A DNA stretch of 64,000 nt. Source: Octopus vulgaris (Eukaryota). This document shows positions 53,618 to 64,000 of this stretch, in pieces. Position 1 is the stretch's first letter. Each line of letters begins with the position of its first letter. The DNA is taken from assembly GCA_951406725.2 (NCBI GenBank), contig OX597814.1, positions 73,470,001-73,534,000 of the forward strand, written 5' to 3'. Both the position numbers and the translations under genes were made by a program. Under the pieces are notes generated by a model that worked only from the letters and a program-made list of their open reading frames with translations, was not told where the DNA came from and ran no database searches.

Positions 53618-56600
53618 GCCTTTGCAAAGCTTCTAACGCTGGAGATGTACTACGGTATCAGCTGTTCACTACCAGTGAACTAAGGTAACACCTCTTATTT
53701 TTCGAGCTCCTTCCGGATAATTCAAGCGGTTCCAAGCAGTGCTGTTTTCTGCAAGTGCTCCACCCTTATTGCAGCCCTTACTCGTTCCACGTACTTTTCG
53801 AGATTTTTGCTCACTGTTCTCAGGGCTCCGACAATTATTGGTAGTACTGCTATCTTTTTCACCGACTACAACTGCTTAACTTCCCAAGCTAACCTGTCAT
53901 ATCTCTCCACTTTTCTTTCTTGCTTATCGCATACCTTGTTGTCAGCTGGGTATGCTATATCTATGATCCAGCATAGTTTGCTTTCTTTCTCCATTAAGAC
54001 TATTTCCGTCTTCCTATTCTCTATCTCATGGTCGCGCTGAATCGTAAAATCCCGTAAGATATTTGCACTTCTATTTTCGACGATGTCTTCAGGTTTTTGG
54101 TAGTACCAATCTTTTGCTCTGTCATGTCCATACTTGTGGCACAGTGTCCAATAGACAAGCCTTGCTATATTATCGTGGCGTCTCTTATATTCCTTCTGGG
54201 CTAGTGGCGCACATTGGCTGGTAATATGCCATACGGTTTCACCGTTTTGTCCACAGGTTCTGCACTTATCACTTTCTGCTTTGGTGTCTATTCTGTATTT
54301 TATGTAGTTTGTTCTTGCTGTTGGGCAGTATAGAATAGAGCATCCGTTTCCGGTTTTAAATCACTTTTAGTCATCCACAGCCAGTTGTTTCTCTGTCTGT
54401 CTTATCTTCAACATCCCCATGTAATTGTCCATGCATTCTTTTCTTTATACGCCTATTTTCAGTTTCATTCATTCTCAAGTGCTTGTACAGTGCTTTACCT
54501 TTGAAATCTTTCATCCTACACAAGCCCGACCTTCTTACTTCTAATAATAGCGGTTCGGTGGCATTTTTTACATACCATGCTATGTTGTTTTTGTCTACTC
54601 TAATGCTGTGTTCGCATCCAGTAAGTCTTCTTTCCCCTCTTCTTCTTGGTACATACAGTCTGTCTGTGTCACTTTTTGGGTGGAGTGACCCATATCTAGT
54701 TAGCAGCTTTCTTGTCTTTCTGTCTAAGCTGTTTAGTTCGTCTACTGTCCATGCGATTACCCCTGTTCCATATCTAAGGAGTGACACCGCCTAGGTGTGA
54801 TAACTTCGACCTTATTCCGTCCATTTAATTTCGACTTAAGGATCAGTCTCAATCTGCACAAGTACTCCACCTTAAATTTTTCTGTCATTTCTTTCTCCAT
54901 CAATTTATCCATTTCCAAAATCCCCAAGTACTTATAGCCGTCTCTGATATCTACTTCATAACCTCCCTCGACCTATCGTTAGCCCGTCCATACATTTGAT
55001 TTTGCCTCTACAAGACTAACACACTACACTTTCTCAGTCTGAACTCCATTCTGATATCAGCACTGAAGGTATACACCGTATCAACGAGGGAACTAACTTG
55101 GGTTTCATCCTTACCATAAAATTTGAGGTCATCCATGAATAACAAATGGTTGACTTTTTGCTGGCGGCTTTTGAATACATACCCAGCTTTTACTTTCCTT
55201 AGAATCAGTGTTAGTGGTATCAAGCACAGTACGAAGATCAGTAGAGACAGGCAGTTCCCTTGGAAGATGCCCCTCATTTTTCTACTGTTCCTAAACATCT
55301 TCCGTATGTTGTCAGGTCCGTCCTCCAATTCGCCATACTTTTTCCAAGCAGTCGCTCAACATTCGATGCAACACCAAATAGGTTCACACACTCCATAATC
55401 CAAGAATGTGGGATCATATCGTACGCCTTACGATAGTCGATCCATGACATGACTAAGTTACTTTTCCTCCTCTCGCAGTTTCTAAGTATAGTTTTTTTTT
55501 ATCAGGAGTTGATCCTTGGTACCTCTGCACTTACGCTTGCAACCCTTCTGCTCTTGTGGCAGGACTCCATTTTTTTCCAGTTTTTCGTACATTGACTCTG
55601 TGAATATTCCAGTCAATAACTTCCACATACGTAGCACACAAAATATCAGCCTGTAATTGTCTACCATATTGCCTTTTTCGATGATTTTCAGGCACATCAC
55701 TGTCCTACCCAATGCCAACCATTCTGGTGTTCCGTGGTCGGCATTTAAGAAGGTGTTGAGTTGCGCAGCTATTCGTGCATGGCATTCACCAAATCTTTTG
55801 ATCCATTAGCCTTGAACTCCATCTGGTCCCGGGGCCTTCCAGTTGCTTATTTTTTGCTGATTTCATTTCACATCCCTAACTGAAATAACTAGTTCAGCCT
55901 GTTTTGGATAGACTATTGTTTGTTTTAGTTCTTGCAACCGTTCAGCATCCTTCTTGTGCTCCTTGTCTTTGTTCCAGATGTCACTCCAAAACCTTTGACT
56001 TTCAATGTTATCTGGTATCATCTTTTCATCTGTACACTCTCCATTTATTTCTTTATAGAGCCTTTTCTTATCTACTGAATAACCAATTCTGGTGGTAACC
56101 CATCATTCTTTGGTCGTATCTTACCATCTTTGCTTTCTTTGGAACGAGGTGCTGTTTCAGTTCCTCCACTACTACTTTCAGACCCTTTGTTTCAATATTA
56201 TAATTTCTTTTCAGCGCCCTATATTTTTGTTCGCTTTTAAACTGGCCTTTCTCTTTTCGGTCTAACACAGAGATTTCCTTCGAGAGCATGTCTAACCCTG
56301 CCTGTATTCTTCTTTTCCACCATGTATCTTTTCTTTTGTCACTCCCATTATATTTCTTTTTCTTGATATCAACACCCACGTTTTCTGCTACAGCAATACT
56401 TGCTGCCTTGATCAAATTATTTATTTCAGTGATGTAGTTTCTTCTGATGTATTTCAGAATTTCATTGACACTCATGAAATACAGAATTTCATTGACATTT
56501 TTCGTTTCTTGGTTAATTTCCATCGATCAACCTTTTTAAGGTTGCAAATAATGTCGCTATCGTTCTCTTGTAGTCTTGCCTTTATTCTGTCGTAGATTGC

Positions 56601-57000
56601 CTCTTATTCTTCTGTCATGTCGCCATTAGTTTTATTGTCTTCTTTTAGATCATCTATATGTCTCTCATCAAGTAAACTACCATTTCTCCTTTCCTGTGCT
56701 ATAGGGTTACTCTTATTAGTAAGAACTGTTTTTCATTGTTATTCCTAATGCTATTTTCCATGACCCGTCTCTTGATAGCTTCGAGCTCTACTGTGAACCA
56801 ACAATTTTTTCTCATTGCTCTAGCTTGATCACATAGTCTCTGTTCCGTGAGTTGAAACAATCCCTTTTCTCTCCAAAGATCAGACATACGTTGTTGGTAA
56901 CCCCTAGTTTGAGCACCATTTTCATCTACCAGGCTGTTCAGGTAGTAACACTCCATGACCACAGCATTAATTTGCTAGCTCCATCTACGCCGTGTGGACC
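53618..57000 (-). mobile_element. Near full-length R4/Dong-clade LINE with (TAA)n tail, decayed
   Basis: N-terminal VMECYY...EQRLCDQ; NWKAPGPDG; RGTKDQLL; GIFQG; HLLFMDDLK; DRLYVPR..G; KCRTC...HITSQC; RRHDNIA; (TAT)n at 53555-53617. Confidence 0.92.
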
Positions 57001-57004
57001 CAAA

Positions 57005-59788
57005 AAGTAATTTGGTGATCCTAGATGTGATCCTAGATGTGAACTAGTGGCTGTTTATGCTCCAACAAGGGCAGAACAGCCGGATTTTTTCATACGTCTG
57101 GAAGTTTTCCTGTTACCGTTCTCAACTAATGAATGACGGGAGCACCATCTTAGACGTACGTTTAGATTGTCAGAGGCTAGCTGTTAAAACAACGGGTGAA
57201 AAAAAGCCTCTCAAACCTGTTCAGATGTTTTCAATTGTCTTATAGGTACCGACTGGATTCCCAGAATGTGCCAATGTAGATATGGACGAACTGCATCGGG
57301 TCATCTAGATCGTTTCTAGATAGAATATTCTATAGGCCAGTAAAAGAAAATAGTATAAATTGTCCACTTTTAAAATTGTCGGTTACACAGACCACAATTC
57401 TGCACGGTCAACCTAGACGGACTTCGTAAGAAGGGACCTGGTTACTGGAGCTGAAATTCCAGCGTGCCAAGCTTGTAGAAACCGGATTAGCGAATTAGTT
57501 AAGCAGGGCTTGACGGGATCAATCACCACCAAAAATCACCCTGAAAAAGGCAATTAATGTAGAACTTGTTAGGTTTAGCAAGAAATAGAATAGGATGGAA
57601 ATATAGAAACATAGAAAAGGCACTTAGGGCATCGTAACTGACGTGCTGGCGGCAAGATTGGCCTTGGACCAATTTTTCAACGCTAAGCACGAAGGATGCA
57701 TTGACATAGTTAAGGCACATGCCTTAAGATGTGTGCACAGACTTGTTTGGCAGTCATTTAGCAGATATATACCGCAACTGACAGCAAAACAGGAGAATTC
57801 TTAGTTCTGTGGGTTGAGGAGCTATGGAACTGCTGAGAAAGGACCCCAAAAAAGGGAGATCAAAGGGAAGATTTTAATCCAATAACGATGCTGAACGCAG
57901 ATTTCAAAATTTTGGCCAAGGTGTTAGCAAAGATGTTGGTGCTAATCATCGAGGAGCTGATTGGTGATGCGCAAAAATGTGCCAACCCAGGCAGATCCAT
58001 CCACGACAACCTCCACCTCATGCGATACATCATAGACAGATTGGGTAAAGGAACTGACATGGACGGAACCCTGGTCAATTTAGTTCAATCTAAAGGCTTC
58101 GATAAAGTCGACCATTAATATTTGGTGGCCAATTTTGGTTCTGTTTACGTGGCCAATTTTGGTTCTGTTTTCCGTGGCTGGATCACTGGAATGTACAATG
58201 ACATCTCGGTTGTTCGGGTGAATGGTTACCTATCGATTACCATTCAACATCGTGAATGGTTACCATTCAACAACGTGTTCTCGATGTGTCAAGGGTGTCC
58301 CTCCTCGTCTCTTCTGTATGTATTGGCTGTAGAGTCATTACTGCAGAAATTAGACGCGTTGAGAGGCATCCAAGGCGAACTAAGACGTGAGGGAACCGTG
58401 TTGGCATACGCAGACAACATCACCGTCATAGTGTCGAACACCAGGCACACAAACCTGGTCACAACTGCTCTAAATGAATATGAGGCGGCAACAGGATAAA
58501 AAATTAAACAAGGAAAGTTAGTGGGCTTGCATCTCGGCACCTGGAGAGGCAGATCCATGCCGTCCAATAGCGTCGTGAAACGCTGGATGTAAGGCCTGGT
58601 TAAATTTTCGGGATCTAGCTTGGTCCGATGGCCAGGTGGAGTAGAACAGGGACGAAGTGATTAGGGTAGACAATCTCAATCAGAAATAGGCTGAGAGAAA
58701 ACTCTGAAAAGTTGGACAGAGATGGTGAATGCTTATATCGCATCCGTCAGATACCACCTCCTGAGAGTCTTACCCTACCCTGGTTTACGTCTGATCAAAC
58801 TAGAGTGCACACTCATCCTCTTTCTGTGGAAGGGACGTGTTATACTAGTCAGGCGCTCCATTAGCTGTCAACATGCCGTGGCTGCTGATGCGCAAACATG
58901 CGCTGAGGCTACGATATCTCCAGCGCTTACTCGACGGTGAGCAGGTGTTGCGCTAGGACTCGCTCTTCCACAGATCGTCTCCTTGACTGGGCCGCAGTCC
59001 TGGGTCAAGCTTAGATCGAGGCAAGGCACCTGCCACATAAAGCGTCGTCATGCGCTCACAATCCTCTGTCAGTATTCAATGTGGTCGGCGGAAGTACCAC
59101 TTAGGCATTCTGTAGAGGTTTAGTGAAAGACATTCTCGGGAAAACTCCCGGGTTTGTTCTGCTGAAATTTCCCAAAATTCTTGGTCTGGCTGTGCTACCG
59201 GGGGTGGAGGATGTTGGCATTGCCGGTTCGGGATTAAGTCTACAGACATGCAAGTGCCGTCCGCTTGGTATGCCTGAAATGAATACAGAGCGACGATCTG
59301 TTCTGTACCATCTCATCCAGTACCCGAGTATTGCTAACTTGTGGGTTTATGCCGAACACTTGCTGTCACGTGTAGGGCAGATCCGGTTATCGGCTGAGTC
59401 CATTGTGAAGATCGTCCCACTGCCATCCTTTGGCCGAGAAGTGCAAGGAGTGTTTCTGGTGGCCTTAGCGAAAGAGTTTATGGATCAGATTGGAAGGCGA
59501 AGCCCTCACCAACTTCATCAAGTTTCACTTGAAAAGAAAAGTTAGGGTTGAGAGGGAAGTGCTACCTCCTAGCTTTTGTTGAAAATTAGGAATGTTGCAA
59601 GAATGGTCCGAATATGTGCCTATAGACGATGAGGAGAGGGCACTAACCCAGGTAGTCAGGTTTTGTAGGGTTTCTACAAGAAGTCCTAGGAAGTCTCCCA
59701 CTTTTGGAGAATTTTTCGTTAACCCCACATTGTATTGTGTTGTACCGTCCCCAATTTTTTGGGAACCTTTAGCAGTTAATAAAGAAAG
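57005..59788 (+). mobile_element. L1/Tx1-clade ORF2 remnant with 3' UTR and AATAAA
   Basis: LVAVYAP; PITMLNADFKILAKVLA; PGRSIHDNL; KGFDKVDH; QGCPSSSLLYVLAVE; AYADNITV; aataaa at about 59778. Confidence 0.88.
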
Positions 59789-62064
<2,276 letters not shown>

Positions 62065-62072
62065 CATCATCA

Positions 62073-62173
<101 letters not shown>

Positions 62174-62204
62174 TAGTTAGTTAGTTAGTTAGTAAGTTAG
62201 TTAG

Positions 62205-63325
62205 TAGTCTTATTTTTTATCACGGGCTTTCACTGTACTACTGAGCGCAGCTCTGTGAGCCTTGGGTCTGTGCTGTGGTTTGTTGTGATGCTCTTACTTT
62301 TACTGTATTGAATGTGATTTGCGTAGGAAGCGTGCGTGTTTAGTACTATTTTCTGCATGTTATATATACTATATATATTAGTCCTAGTGTTTTTGTTATG
62401 TATTTGTCTGGATAAATTTTTATCATACCTAATGCACCTACTATGATAGAAATTGTTTCTGTTTTTAGATTCCACATTCGAGTTACCTCTATTTCCAGAT
62501 CTTTGTATTTTGAAAGTTTCTCCGTTTCTTTTAGAGAAAAATTGTCATCGATTAGAAAGCATTTTTTTCTTGGTGATCTCTGACAACTATATCCGACATT
62601 GGCCTTAATTTCTCTATCTGTGTGTATTAGTATATCCCAGAGTATGGTTGCTTTCTCATTTTCTGTGACCTTTTCTGATGTGTACCTATACCACTTTTTC
62701 CTGTTATTATTTCATAGTGTTGGCATAGTTTCCAGTGTATATCGGTCCCGACTCTGTCGTGTCTGTGATTGGGTCTGTACTAGGGCAACCAGGGACAATA
62801 TGATTCATTATTTCTTTCCATCTCCAAATATTCTTTATATATTGCATTTCTTCTCATTACATGTTTCTGGTAATTTATGATGGGAACGTTTTGATCTGCT
62901 GCAATTAAAAATCCTTCAGTCTTTGCTTTGAGTCCTGAGCTTCTCAGCCATTCCTGAGATTTTGCTTTGTCTATTTCTTTTCTGTTTAGTTTAACCTAAT
63001 ATCTGACATGAAGGGGCTTTTTCTTGCCATCGTTTTATTATGATCCGTTGCTGTTCCTGTTTTGGCTTGGATTTCTGTTGTTTTACAGCTTTTGTTGTTT
63101 CTTCTTTTTCTTCATAGTTGTTAGGGGACTATGACTTCTTTTTTGTATTTGTCAGCTTCCTTAAAAACTGAAAACAGTCTTTTTTGTTCGAGTTTTGAGG
63201 CTATTTTAATTAGTTTTCTTTGCTTCTGATGTAGGTATTTCTGTAGTCCTATGGTGGTTATTTTGTAATAGTTTTCTAGCTGTGTAAGGACTCAAGCACC
63301 TTCGATACATTGTATATATAACCTT
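62205..63325 (-). mobile_element. R4/Dong LINE (third family), 3' fragment
   Basis: WLRSSGLK, CRIYK..HIVPGC, ATILWDILIHTDREIKA, SKYKDLEIE. Confidence 0.8.
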
Positions 63326-63461
63326 TACCTTCTTCTTCTTCTTCTTCTTCTTCTTCTTCTTCTTCTTCTTCTTCTTCTTCTTCTTCTTCTTCTTCTTCTT
63401 CTTTCTTCTTCTCCTCCTCCTCCTCCTCCTCCTCCTCATTATTATTATTATTATTATTATT

Positions 63462-63555
<94 letters not shown>

Positions 63556-63556
<1 letters not shown>

Positions 63557-63750
63557 AGCAGCGAGTTGAGAGAACCGTTAGCACAAAGCCAGCATTTTCG
63601 GGGGAGAGGGCTTGTTGATTACATCAAACCCAGTACTCAACTGGTACTTATTCTATTGAGCCGAAATGCTGAACGGTATAGTCAACCTCGGCGGAATTTG
63701 AACTCAGAAAGTTTAAACGGACGAAAGGCCACTAAATATTTTGTTCGGCG
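63556..63750. mobile_element. SINE family B, rearranged (head on +, body on -)
   Basis: aaagcagcgagttgagagaaccgttagcac followed by the reverse-complement body. Confidence 0.65.
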
Positions 63751-63874
63751 TACAGACATTCAAATGCAAATGACTGAAACCTGCAGGAAAAGATGTGAAG
63801 GCCACTAAATATTTTGTTCGGCGTACAGACATTCAAATGCAAATGACTGAAACCTGCAGGAAAAGATGTGAAGG
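63725..63874. repeat. Exact 73-bp tandem duplication
   Basis: aaggccactaaatattttg... at 63725 and 63798. Confidence 0.95.
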
Positions 63875-64000
63875 TCACTGAATTCTTGTCACCGTATCTT
63901 TATATAGCGAACTGAATTCATTGAACAGGTGGCCCTGCTTCCACGATGTTCACCACTGCCTATTCTGAATATGGCCATATTTGACAAGAAGGAAGAAAGG

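Overview
Eukaryotic, repeat-saturated, AT-rich intergenic or intronic DNA. The SINE families and very high microsatellite density suggest an octopus genome (inference). No host protein-coding gene can be supported, and most ORFs in the track are microsatellite read-throughs. The window is a mosaic of decayed transposable elements: mariner, maT and m44-like Tc1/mariner DNA transposons, two non-autonomous Helitrons, hAT and piggyBac relics, R4/Dong-type and HERO-type RLE LINEs, RTE, L1/Tx1, Jockey/CR1-like, a Gypsy remnant with its LTR, a Penelope-like (PLE) fragment and several tRNA-derived SINE families. Most interesting: (i) several hammerhead-ribozyme-like motifs and long fold-back hairpins next to (TA)n tracts, including a 373-bp tandem dimer beside a PLE that resembles a retrozyme; (ii) retroelement families apparently partitioned among microsatellite targets, including a ~525-bp non-coding (TAA)n-tailed element; (iii) locally templated insertions (150 bp and 28 bp exact copies); (iv) a three-level nest of DNA transposons. 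Family names come from visual motif recognition only, and boundaries are approximate unless termini are quoted.
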